DNA from: Macrostomum hystrix
Lineage: Eukaryota > Animalia > Platyhelminthes
NCBI GenBank assembly: GCA_950097015.1
Contig: CATNEN010000003.1
Coordinates: forward strand, 1,426,001 to 1,490,000
Length of the DNA: 64,000 bases
Direction of reading: 5' to 3'
The notes beneath the pieces are model-generated. The model had not been told where the DNA came from. It did not search any database and saw only the letters and a program-made list of their open reading frames with translations. The stretch's first letter is position 1. Every line of letters begins with the position of its first letter. The position numbers and the translations under genes are program-made. This document shows positions 38,101-49,700 of this stretch, piece after piece.

Positions 38101-41100
38101 TGACTGAATTATCGATTAGTGTGACTGAATTATCGATTAGTGTGACTGAATTATCGATTAGTGTGACTGAATTATCGATTAGTGTGACTGAATTATCGAT
38201 TAGTGTGACTGAATTGTCGATTAGTGTGACTGAATTGTCGATTAGTGTGACTGAATTATCGACTAGTGTGACTGAATTGTCGATTAGTGTGACTGAATTA
38301 TCTATTAGTGTGACTGAATCATCGATTAGTGTGACTGAATTATCGATTAGTGTGACTGAATAATCGATTAGTGTGGGTGAATGATCGATTAGTGTGACTG
38401 AATTATCGATTAGTGTGACTGAATAATCGATTAGTGTGGGTGAATTATCGATTAGTGTGACTGAATTATCGATTAGTGTGGCTGAATTATCAATTTGTGT
38501 GGGTGAATTATTGATTAGTGTGGGTGAATTATCGATTAGTGTGGCTGAATTATCGATTAGTGTGGGTGAGTTATGGATTAGTGTGGGTGCATTTTCGAAT
38601 AGTGTCGCTGAATTATCGATTAGTGTGCCCGAATTATCGATTAGTGTTGGTGAATTATCGATTAGTGTGCGTGCATTTTCGATTAGTGTGGGTGCATTTT
38701 CGATTAGTGTGGGTGAATTATCGATTAGATTGACTAAAACATGCACCATACAGTTTTTTGTCAGCAAAATCCAGCCTCTTTAAATTTTTCTAAGAAACGC
38801 AGTTTCCCGTCCTTAAACTACTAGAAGCCATTGTGCTGACTTTGCTGCTGCCATTAATACGTCAGTGTGAAGTATTTGTTCTCCTGCTCTTTGTGACTCA
38901 CTTCTTCTAATGGCAAAGACTTTCTCACTCCAATCATGACCACGATTTACAAAGAAAGGATGCAAAAATTACTATTTTAATAGTCGTTTAAATATGTGGA
39001 GGTTTTATTCTACGCTCGAAAATCCAGGGTCAAATACATGCTAACTGCTGCAATAACCATGATCAGTAATTGTTATTCTGTTGGGTGCCGTAGGAGCAAA
39101 TCGTGGGCGAGTCCAGGTCAGTTGTCACGTGTGCTCAGACAGTGTTGAGAAGGGCCTACTTGCCAGGGATCGGCAGCATGCGGTAGATCCTGTAGGCGGT
39201 CTTGGCGACGCGCCACACGCGCCCCCACCTGATGCGGATGCGGCGCAGACGGATGAACTTCTTCTGCAGCTCGGCGGCCTTCTCCTCCGACATGTCCGAC
39301 TCGTCCAGGTCAGCCAGGGCCTCCAGCGCCGCCAGCGACTCGGCTTCCTCCTCCGACAGCTCCTGGCTGGGCCTGGCGACTGCCAGAGCTGCGCACAGCA
39401 GGAGTCCGAGAGCAAACTGCCACTTCATGTCTGTGCTGCTGCTGTTGCTTGATGAAGCAGGTAGAGAAGCTGAGAGTTAGCTTTGGCTTGGAGCTCTACT
39501 CAGCATTTAGAGACCTCTGATTTATACACTCGGAATCGGCACGTTTTTCCGGTCAGCGGAATGCAGGCTCCGAAATGCCGTCTTCCACGCGCCCTTGGCC
39601 TTTTTAAGTGCTCACCTCACAGTAATACAGTGGTCTAAACCTAAATTAATTTTCAATTGTTATCATTGAACTTGAGAACTGTTTAGAATTTGCTTTTCTG
39701 CTCACTGCATATTAGATGAGGCTCTTTGGTACTGAAAGTTGGCGAGTTCAACAGCAGCCAAATTGAATGAGAAATTCTCTTATTGTCCTATAAACCTAAT
39801 ACAAAAGAGAGCATTGTATTTTTAGGGGCAGATGAGCTGCGCCTCACGCTGCAGGTGTCTCTGCTAATGCTAGTCTATTTGTTTTCTTAGTTAGTTTTGC
39901 AGCCAATGCTGGCCAAAGTAATTAAGTTTGCAATCCCAAAATGTTCCTCCAAGTTTGAGCCTGATCCCAATAAGTACTTCATCGATGAATGTGTGTATGC
40001 TCAATAATAATAATAATTTTTTATTTAATTAATTATAACACGAATTGTTTCAGTAGAGTCGCGAATCGAACCCCGACCTTCAAGTCGTGAGTGCGACGCC
40101 CTAATCACTAGGCTAAAACTATGGTCCCTGGTCTACGGTTCGTCTAAGGTTGGTCGAAGGTTCAAGTGGCCTGTTGCAGCACCATTTCCCATTGTCTAGC
40201 ATTTTAACGATCATTGTCTTGCATTTTAACGATCATTGTCTAGCATTTTAACGACCATTGTCTAGCATTTTAACGATAATTGTCTAGCATTTTAACAATC
40301 ATTATCTAGCATTTTAACGATCATTGTCTAGCATTTTAACGATCATTGTCTAGCATTTTAACGATCATTGTCTAGCATTTTAACGATCATTGTCTAGCAT
40401 TTTAACGATCGTCGTCTAGCATTTTAACGATCATTGTCTAGCATTTTAACGATCATTGTCTAGCATTTTAACGATCATTGTCTAGCATTTTAACGATCAT
40501 TGTCTAGCATTTTAACGATCATTGTCTAGCATTTTAACGATCATTGTCTAGCATTTTAACGATCATTGTCTAGCATTTTAACGATCATTGTCTAGCATTT
40601 TAACGATCATTGTTCGTAGTTTTTATGCAAGGCTTCTGGCTTTACCATGGACTCTTCTTAAATGGTTAATATCTCTCTGTTAATATCTGTTTTGGCGTGC
40701 CAGGTGCTATAAAAATAATGTTTATATTTAGGAACTTCATTGCTGCACACACATCCAGTCTCATTTGTTTTATTCGACATCTGGACACAGCCAGGTCTAT
40801 GGGAGAAACCTCTAATCATACGGGGGTTCCTTGAAAGTGTGCAGTTTCACCAAACGCTTCGCGCACTGGTTTCTTGGTCCTGACTGCGTTCAACAGCCAA
40901 GCATCATCTCTCCATTGTACCGTAGTAAATTGATAATCGAGCTCGGATGGCAACACACTCACCAATCTGACCAGAGTCAAATTAGTAACCCGGTCGCGAG
41001 CTGACCGTAAATAGCACAGGTGCTCAGGTTCCGGGTAGGAGTCCTTCGACGTGAAATTGACAGTAACACGACGGCCTAGCACCCACACTGGGTATACGGA

Positions 41101-43397
41101 CAGGCTGACATTGTTGGGGTCAGCTAAAATGAAACAAATTTACAATTGGCGTGCTTTTATGTGTAAAAATAGCTTGAGTCAATTAGCCCAACTCACTAAT
41201 GATTCCCAGATTTTTTTCTAGTCGAAAATTTCCGTAGCGGCAGACCAGCAGTCGGTCGTGATGGCTCTGCTCGGCGTTAAGTTGAAACTCGGCCTCGGCT
41301 GATCCGTCCGGCTGGTTGGTGACTCGAAGCTGTGCAAATTGTTAGGAGAAGGTTCACCAGGACAAGGCTTCAAGATACTATAAAGACTAATTGAGGTTAG
41401 TTCTACAAAGTCTAACTGAGATTCTTTCTATAAAGAAAAATTGAGGTTCGTTCAACAAAGACTAATTGAGTTTCGTTCTATAAACACTAATTAAGGCTCG
41501 TTTAACAAAGACGAATTGAGGTACGTTCTATAAAGACTATACTTGAGGTTCGTTCAACAAAGACTAATTGAGGTTCGTTCAACAAAGTCTAATTGAGGTT
41601 CGTTCAACAAAGACTAAAGACTAATTGAGATTCGTTCAACAAAGACTAATTGAGATTCGTTCAACAAAGACTAATTGAGATTCGTTCAACAAAGACTAAT
41701 AGAGATTCGTTCTATAAAGACTAATTGAGGCTCGTTCAACAAAGACTACTTGAGGTTCGTTCTACAAAGACTAATTGAGGTTCACTTAACAATACTAATT
41801 GAGTTCGTTCTACAAAGACTAATTGAGGTTCGCTTAACCAATACCAATTGAGTTCGTTCTACAAAGACTAATTGAGGTGTGCTTAACCAATACTAATTGA
41901 GTTCGTTCTACAAAGACTAATTGAGGTTCGCTTAACCAATACTAATTGAGTTCGTTCTACAAAGACTAATTGAGGTGCGCTTAACAAATACTAATTGAGT
42001 TCGTTCTACAAAGACTAACGGAGGTTCGTTCTACAAAGTTCATCCTACAAAGACCAATAAAGGTAGTTCAAAAAAGAATTAAGGTCCTTTTAAAAAAGAC
42101 TAACTGACGTTGATTCTATAGAGACTTTGAACTGAGTTTTCAAACGCAGACTCGAGTTTTTTGAAAAGCCATTGAATTCACCTGGTTTAGTGTTTCATTA
42201 CGAGTGTCCAAGCTATTGCCAGCGATGACGCAACCGAGTGCCAGGTGCCGCTGTTCGTCGTCGATCAACGAGCAACGGCTGATGAGGATCGAGAAACAGA
42301 CGCTAGCGCCGTCGCCCATGACACGGAGGCTGCGCAGTGGACAGGTTCTGGTGTTGATCATCGACAGTTGAATCGGTGGCGTCTCAAGGCCTAGAAATGA
42401 ACCGAAAATGATAATTAGTTCTCATGTGAGCCGATCATCTTCATATAATCTCTGTCGCAAACCTACCAGTCAAATTGATCGCCGAATAACTCAATTGGTT
42501 GAAGCTTTGCAGCATGAGAAATCCAACAAGAATCTGAAGTGTGTCAAATTTAGACCATGTCGATTTCGCGACTTATCAAAACTATCTTTATGCTCAACGA
42601 CGCGAACAGTTTACCATGAACGCTTTAGTACCTTTTCAGTCTCATCCAGCAACTTTCCGAGCTGCCTCCACCGGTCGCTGCTGCCGAAGGCCTCCCAGCT
42701 GGCGCGGCACGGATCCTCCAGCTGCAGCTCCAGCGGGAGGCTCGCGGCTCCGAGCGCCGACACGAGCGAGCCGCCCGCACCTGCTGCCTGCCACTGGCCA
42801 TCTGCAACACGAGTGCCATGCTGACAGACTGACTGTCTCAGACTGACTGTCTCAGACTGACTGTCTCAGACTGACTGTCTCAGACTGACTGTCTCAGACT
42901 GACTGTCTCAGACTGACTGTCTCAGACTGACTGTCTCAGAATGACTGTCTCAGACTGACTGTCTCAGCATCTGTCATGAGAACAAATGAAGGTCGGCGTC
43001 ACTCACCCCAGCCTCGCACGCTCACCCGATCCAGCACCATCGGCTGCCTCAGCTGCATCACAAGCCACCGAGGCCCGGACCGCACAGCAGCTGGGAATTG
43101 GTTTGTCTCCGACCGGCCGTTCTGCCACCACTGGCAGTCACCGTCCGGCTGCCAGGTGCGCACAATGTCCGATCGGCTCAGCTGCACTAGAAAGTGTTAG
43201 GCAATATCAGGTCATTGATCTCAATGATGCATTTCAATATGACAAGCTGAAAATTTGATCAGCATACCTGTACGAAGAGCACTGGGGCATTCCTGCTCAG
43301 CTGATGCGTTGAGCAAACCTGACAGCTGTAGAAGCAGCAGCTGCAGCAGCAGGTGCGACAGGCCCGGAGTCAAAGGCAGGCAATTGTTCAGCTTCAT
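29104..43397 (-). CDS. 12-exon type-I receptor: signal peptide, discoidin/FA58C-like region, three Ig-like domains, TM, Tyr-rich tail (~635-638 aa)
   Basis: Exons 43397-43268, 43186-43007, 42801-42632, 42533-42467, 42390-42182, 41329-41197, 41123-40963, 32123-31952, 31258-31083, 30807-30651 (GC donor; alternative GT donor ends at 30660), 29990-29875 and 29349-29104. Every junction is phase-compatible, giving a 1917-nt open frame. Signal: MKLNN..LLLQLLLLQLSGLLNASA. PRWLVMQLRQPMVLDRVSVRGW resembles the FA58C WLxVDLG..IxxVxxQG motif. Ig F-strand-like motifs: HHDRLLVCRY, EASIKCHA, WLVRCSVEQ. TM: VFLSVAGSTIVILLISITALVTI. Confidence 0.75.
30098..30585. repeat. 32-bp intronic minisatellite, ~15 units
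   Basis: Seen directly. Confidence 0.95.
31392..31900. repeat. Purine-rich ~16-bp intronic minisatellite
   Basis: Paralog of 9522-10312. Confidence 0.93.
32558..32832. mobile_element. hAT-type MITE (275 bp) nested in the Helitron
   Basis: 8-bp TSD TATACAGT at 32550-32557 and 32833-32840. TIRs CAGTGGCAGAT / ATCTGCCTCTG match at 10 of 11 positions. Internal GGCGCCAGCGG repeats. Confidence 0.85.
32993..33950 (-). pseudogene. C-terminal half of Helitron PIF1-family helicase with an in-frame stop
   Basis: Motifs GGVTLLLSGDFRQTLPV, LRTNMR, AILCPRN, LLRNL..LCNGTRL, QFPVRVCFAMTINKAQGQSL and HGQLYVACSRV. ORFs 33638-34042 and 32993-33628 are in the same frame, separated by TAA 33640-33638. No Rep domain is visible. 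Confidence 0.92.
34780..38728. repeat. 21-bp minisatellite, ~188 units
   Basis: Seen directly; contains an internal 735-bp block duplication (35475 vs 36210). Confidence 0.95.
39156..39428 (-). CDS. Putative antimicrobial peptide precursor (copy 2), nested in intron 7 of the Ig-like receptor gene
   Basis: Protein identical to copy 1. Lies between receptor exons 41123-40963 and 32123-31952. Confidence 0.9.
   Translation of the reverse strand: MKWQFALGLLLCAALAVARPSQELSEEEAESLAALEALADLDESDMSEEKAAELQKKFIRLRRIRIRWGRVWRVAKTAYRIYRMLPIPGK
39520..39526 (-). promoter_or_regulatory. TATA box of peptide gene copy 2
   Basis: TATAAAT at the same spacing as in copy 1. Confidence 0.65.
40055..40115 (-). 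mobile_element. tRNA-like SINE head
   Basis: TAGCCTAGTGATTAGGGCGTCG..GGGGTTCGATTCG is related to the head at 2681. No proper acceptor stem. Confidence 0.5.
40190..40613. repeat. 22-bp minisatellite (CATTGTCTAGCATTTTAACGAT), ~19 units
   Basis: Seen directly. Confidence 0.95.
41378..42060. repeat. ~25-bp minisatellite, same family as 14771, in receptor intron 5
   Basis: Seen directly. Confidence 0.9.
42826..42967. repeat. 14-bp tandem repeat (GACTGACTGTCTCA) x~10 in receptor intron 2
   Basis: Seen directly. Confidence 0.95.
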
Positions 43398-43780
43398 GTT
43401 TAGCAAATGGTCGACAAAACCGGCGCAGATTTGTAGCGGTTGGCGAATTTTGCCAAAACCCCATCGCTATATAATAGCCTCTTCGCCTAAGATACGAATT
43501 AGATTGTCATCAGCTAATATGCTGCTAGCTATGAAAACAGGAGGGCGAACAGATCAGTTTACATGATTTAAATCTACATCAATGCTAGCACAGAGCCATC
43601 CGCTTTGCTGGCTTCAAATTTAATCTAACATCGGCCTATGAACGATGTGCTAAGGAGTTTTAAAATGCATAACGAGCGTAAACATTTTAAGGATATGAAA
43701 CCTGCTGAAATAAATTACTGCATTGAAGACTGAGAGGTAATGAAATAAATATATCAGGCTGATATTGAACATACAAATTA

Positions 43781-46700
43781 GTAGGAGAGAACCTTCAGGG
43801 ACTCAGATGGTAGGAGAGAACCTTCAGGGACTCAGATGGTAGGAATAAATCTTCAGGGACTCAGATGGTAGGAGAAAACCTTCAGGGACTCAGATGGTAG
43901 GAGAGAATATCCAGGGACTCAGATGGTAGGACAATCTTCCGGGACTCAGATGGTAGGAGAGAATCTTCAGGGACTCAGATGGTAAGAGAGAATCTTCAGG
44001 GACTCAGATGGTAGGAGAAAACCTTCAGGGACTCAGATGGTAGGAGAGAATATCCAGGGACTCAGATGGTAGGACAATCTTCCGGGACTCAGATGGTAGG
44101 AGAGAATATTCAGGGACTCAGATGGTAGGAGAGAATCTTCAGGGACTCACATGGTAACAGAGAATCTTCAGGGACTCAGATGGTAGGAGAATATTCAGGG
44201 ACTCAGATGGTAGGAAAGAATGTTCAGGGACTCAGATGGTAGGAGAATATTCAGGGACTCAGATGGTAGGAGAGAATATTCAGGGACTCAGATTGTAGGA
44301 GAGAATATTCAGGGACTCAGATGGTAGGAGAGAACCTTCAGGGACTCAGATGGTAGGAGAGAATATTCAGGGACTCAGATGGTAGGAGATAATATTCAGG
44401 GACTCAGATGGTAGGAGAGAACCTTCAGGGACTCAGATGGTAGGAGAGAATATTCAGGGACTCAGATGGTAGGAGAGAATATTCAGGGACTCAGATGGTA
44501 GGAGAATCTTCCGGGACTCAGATGGTAGGAGAATCTTCCAGGACACAGATGGTAGGAGAGAATATTCAGGGACATAGATGGTAGGAGAGAATATTCAGGG
44601 ACTCAGATGGTAGGAGAGAACCTTCAGGGACTCAGATGGTAGGAGAGAATATTCAGGGACTCAGATGGTAGGAGAGAATATTCAGGGACTCAGATGGTAG
44701 GAGAGAATATCCAGGGACTCAGATGGCAAGAGAGAATCTTCAGGACTCAGATGGTAGGAGAATCTTCCGGGACTCAGATGGTAGGAGAGAATATTCAGGA
44801 ACTCAGATGGTAGTAGAGAATATTCAGGGACTCAGATGGTAGGAGAGAACCTTCAGGGACTCAGATGGTAGGAGAGAATATTCAGGGACTCAGATGGTAG
44901 GAGAATCTTCCGGGACTCAGATGGTAGGAGAGAATATTCAGGGACTCAGATGGTAGGAGAGAATATTCAGGGACTCAGATGGTAGGAGAGAATATCCAGG
45001 GACTCAGATGGTAGGAGAGAATCTTCAGGGACTCAGATGGTAGGAGAGAACCTTCAGGGACTCAGATGGTAGGAGAGAATATTCAGGGACTCAGATGGTA
45101 GGAGAGAATATTCAGGGACTCAGATGGTAGGAGAGAATATCCAGGGACTCAGATGGCAGGAGAGAATCTTCAGGGACTCAGATGGTAGGAGAATCTTCCG
45201 GGACTCAGATGGAAGGAGAGAATATTCAGGGACTCAGATGGTAGGAGAGAATATTCAGGGACTCAGATGGTAGGAGAGAATATTCAGGGACTCAGATGGT
45301 AGGAGAATATTCAGGGACTCAGATGGTAGGAGAATCTTCCGGGACTCAGATGGTAGGAGAGAACCTTCAGGGACTCAGATGGTAGGAGAGAATATTCAGG
45401 GACTCAGATGGTAGGAGAATCTTCCGGGACTCAGATGGTAGGAGAATCTTCCGGGACTCAGATGGTAGGAGAGAATATTCAGGGACTCAGATGGTAGGAG
45501 AGAATATTCAGGGACTCAGATGGTAGGAGAGAACCTTCAGGGACTCAGATGGTAGGAGAGAACCTTCAGGGACTCAAATGATAGGAGAGAACCTTCAGGG
45601 ACTCAGATGGTAGGAGAGAATATTCAGGGACTCAGATGGTAGGAGAGAATATTCAGGGACTCAGATGGTAGGAGAGAATATTCAGGGACTCAGATGGTAG
45701 GAGAGAATATCCAGGGACTCAGATGGCAGGAGAGAATCTTCAGGGACTCAGATGGTAGGAGAATCTTCCGGGACTCAGATGGTAGGAGAGAATATTCAGG
45801 GACTCAGATGGTAGGAGAGAATATTCAGGGACTCAGATGGTAGGAGAGAATCTTCAGGGACTCAGATGGTAGGAGAATATTCAGGGACTCAGATGGTAGG
45901 AGAATCTTCCGGGACTCAGATGGTAGGAGAGAATATTCAGGGACATAGATGGTAGGAGAGAATATCCAGGGACTCAGATGGTAGGAGAGAACCTTCAGGG
46001 ACTCAGATGGTAGGAGAATCTTCCGGGACTCAGATGGAAGGAGAGAACCTTCAGGGACTCAGATGGTAGGAGAGAATATTCAGGGACTCAGATGGTAGGA
46101 GAGAATATTCAGGGACTCAGATGGTAGGAGAGAATATCCAGGGACTCAGATGGCAGGAGAGAATCTTCAGGGACTCAGATGGTAGGAGAATCTTCCGGGA
46201 CTCAGATGGTAGGAGAGAATATTCAGGGACTCAGATGGTAGGAGAGAATATTCAGGGACTCAGATGGTAGGAGAGAATATTCAGGGACTCAGATGGTAGG
46301 AGAGAACCTTCAGGGACTCAGATGGTAGGAGAGAATATTCAGGGACTCAGATGGTAGGAGAGAATATTCAGGGACTCAGATGGTAGGAGAGAACCTTCAG
46401 GGACTCAGATGGTAGGAGAATCTTCCGGGACTCAGATGGTAGGAGAGAACCTTCAGGGACTCAGATGGTAGGAGAGAATATTCAGGGACTCAGATGGTAG
46501 GAGAATCTTCCGGGACTCAGATGGTAGGAGAGAATATTCAGGGACATAGATGGTAGGAGAGAATATTCAGGGACTCAGATGGTAGGAGAGAACCTTCAGG
46601 GACTCAAATGATAGGAGAGAACCTTCAGGGACTCAGATGGTAGGAGAGAATATTCAGGGACTCAGATGGTAGGAGAGAATCTTCAGGGACTCAGATGGCA

Positions 46701-49700
46701 GGAGAGAATCTTCAGGAACTCAGATGGTAGGAGAATATTCAGGGACTCAGATGGTAGGAGAATCTTCCGGGACTCAGATGGTAGGAGAGAATATTCAGGG
46801 ACTCAGATGGTAGGAGAGAATATTCAGGGACTCAGATGGTAGGAGAGAATATCCAGGGACTCAGATAGTAGGAGAGAATCTTCAGGGACTCAGATGGTAG
46901 GAGAGAACCTTCAGGGACTCAGATGGTAGGAGAGAATATTCAGGGACTCAGATGGTAGGAGAGAATATTCAGGGACTCAGATGGTAGGAGAGAATATCCA
47001 GGGACTCAGATGGCAGGAGAGAATCTTCAGGGACTCAGATGGTAGGAGAATCTTCCGGGACTCAGATGGTAGGAGAGAATATTCAGGGACTCAGATGGTA
47101 GGAGAGAATATTCAGGGACTCAGATGGTAGGAGAGAATATTCAGGGACTCAGATGGTAGGAGAGAATATTCAGGGACTCAGATGGTAGGAGAATATTCAG
47201 GGACTCAGATGGTAGGAGAATCTTCCGGGACTCAGATGGTAGGAGAGAACCTTCAGGGACTCAGATGGTAGGAGAGAATCTTCAGGGACTCAGATGGTAG
47301 GAGAGAATATTCAGGGACTCAGATGGTAGGAGAGAACCTTCAGGGACTCAGATGGTAGGAGAATCTTCCGGGACTCAGATGGTAGGAGAGAACCTTCAGG
47401 GACTCAGATGGTAGGAGAGAATATTCAGGGACTCAGATGGTAGGAGAATCTTCCGGGACTCAGATGGTAGGAGAATCTTCCGGGACTCAGATGGTAGGAG
47501 AGAATATTCAGGGACATAGATGGTAGGAGAGAATATTCAGGGACTCAGATGGTAGGAGAGAACCTTCAGGGACTCAAATGATAGGAGAGAACCTTCAGGG
47601 ACTCAGATGGTAGGAGAGAATATTCAGGGACTCAGATGGTAGGAGAGAATCTTCAGGGACTCAGATGGCAGGAGAGAATCTTCAGGGACTCAGATGGTAG
47701 GAGAATATTCAGGGACTCAGATGGTAGGAGAATCTTCCGGGACTCAGATGGTAGGAGAGAATATTCAGGGACTCAGATGGTAGGAGAGAATATTCAGGGA
47801 CTCAGATGGTAGGAGAGAATATCCAGGGACTCAGATAGTAGGAGAGAATCTTCAGGGACTCAGATGGTAGGAGAGAACCTTCAGGGACTCAGATGTTAGG
47901 AGAGAATCTTCAGGGACTCAGATGGTAGGAGAGAATATTCAGGGACTCAGATGGTAGGAGAGAATATCCAGGGACTCAGATGGCAGGAGAGAATCTTCAG
48001 GGACTCAGATGGTAGGAGAATCTTCCGGGACTCAGATGGTAGGAGAGAATATTCAGGGACTCAGATGGTAGGAGAGAATATTCAGGGACTCAGATGGTAG
48101 GAGAGAATATTCAGGGACTCAGATGGTAGGAGAATATTCAGGTACTCAGATGGTAGGAGAATCTTCCGGGACTCAGATGGTAGGAGAGAACCTTCAGGGA
48201 CTCAGATGGTAGGAGAGAATATTCAGGGACTCAGATGGTAGGAGAGAATATTCAGGGACTCAGATGGTAGGAGAGAATATTCAGGGACTCAGATGGTAGG
48301 AGAGAACCTTCAGGGACTCAGATGGTAGGAGAATCTTCCGGGACTCAGATGGTAGGAGAATCTTCCGGGACTCAGATGGTAGGAGAGAATATTCAGGGAC
48401 ATAGATGGTAGGAGAGAATATTCAGGGACTCAGATGCTAGGAGAGAACCTTCAGGGACTCAAATGATAGGAGAGAACCTTCAGGGACTCAGATGGTAGGA
48501 GAGAATATTCAGGGACTCAGATGGTAGGAGAGAATCTTCAGGGACTCAAATGATAGGAGAGAACCTTCAGGGACTCAGATGGTAGGAGAGAATCTTCAGG
48601 GACTCAAATGATAGGAGAGAACCTTCAGGGACTCAGATGGTAGGAGAGAATATTCAGGGACTCAGATGGTAGGAGAGAATATTCAGGGACTCAGATGGTA
48701 GGAGAGAATATCCAGGGACTCAGATGGCAGGAGAGAATCTTCAGGGACTCAGATGGTAGGAGAATCTTCCGGGACTCAGATGGTAGGAGAGAATATTCAG
48801 GGACTCAGATGGTAGGAGAGAACCTTCAGGGACTCAGATGGTAGGAGAGAATCTTCAGGGACTCAAATGATAGGAGAGAACCTTCAGGGACTCAGATGGT
48901 AGGAGAGAATATTCAGGGACTCAGATGGTAGGAGAGAATATTCAGGGACTCAGATGGTAGGAGAGAATATCCAGGGACTCAGATGGCAGGAGAGAATCTT
49001 CAGGGACTCAGATGGTAGGAGAATCTTCCGGGACTCAGATGGTAGGAGAGAATATTCAGGGACTCAGATGGTAGGAGAGAATATTCAGGGACTCAGATGG
49101 TAGGAGAGAACCTTCAGGGACTCAGATGGTAGGAGAATCTTCCGGGACTCAGATAGTAGGAGAGAACCTTCAGGGACTCAGATGGTAGGAGAGAATATTC
49201 AGGGACTCAGATGGTAGGAGAATCTTCCGGGACTCAGATGGTAGGAGAATCTTCCGGGACTCAGATGGTAGGAGAGAATATTCAGGGACATAGATGGTAG
49301 GAGAGAATATTCAGGGACTCAGATGGTAGGAGAGAACCTTCAGGGACTCAAATGATAGGAGAGAACCTTCAGGGACTCAGATGGTAGGAGAGAATATTCA
49401 GGGACTCAGATGGTAGGAGAGAATCTTCAGGGACTCAGATGGCAGGAGAGAATCTTCAGGGACTCAGATGGTAGGAGAATATTCAGGGACTCAGATGGTA
49501 GGAGAATCTTCCGGGACTCAGATGGTAGGAGAGAATATTCAGGGACTCAGATGGTAGGAGAGAATATTCAGGGACTCAGATGGTAGGAGAGAATATCCAG
49601 GGACTCAGATAGTAGGAGAGAATCTTCAGGGACTCAGATGGTAGGAGAGAACCTTCAGGGACTCAGATGGTAGGAGAGAATATTCAGGGACTCAGATGGT

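Larger units (their letters stand above)
21090..39790 (+). repeat. Direct segmental duplication of ~2060-13010
   Basis: Colinear and near-identical. Differences are a ~780-bp indel (2461-3243 absent here), a tandem duplication, the Helitron and minisatellite lengths. Confidence 0.92.

Noticed and set aside
21090-39790. Segmental duplication as purely an uncollapsed haplotype
   Set aside because: Not excluded. However, the distinct breakpoints, different flanks and truncated host gene favour true paralogy. Read depth and spanning long reads would decide it.
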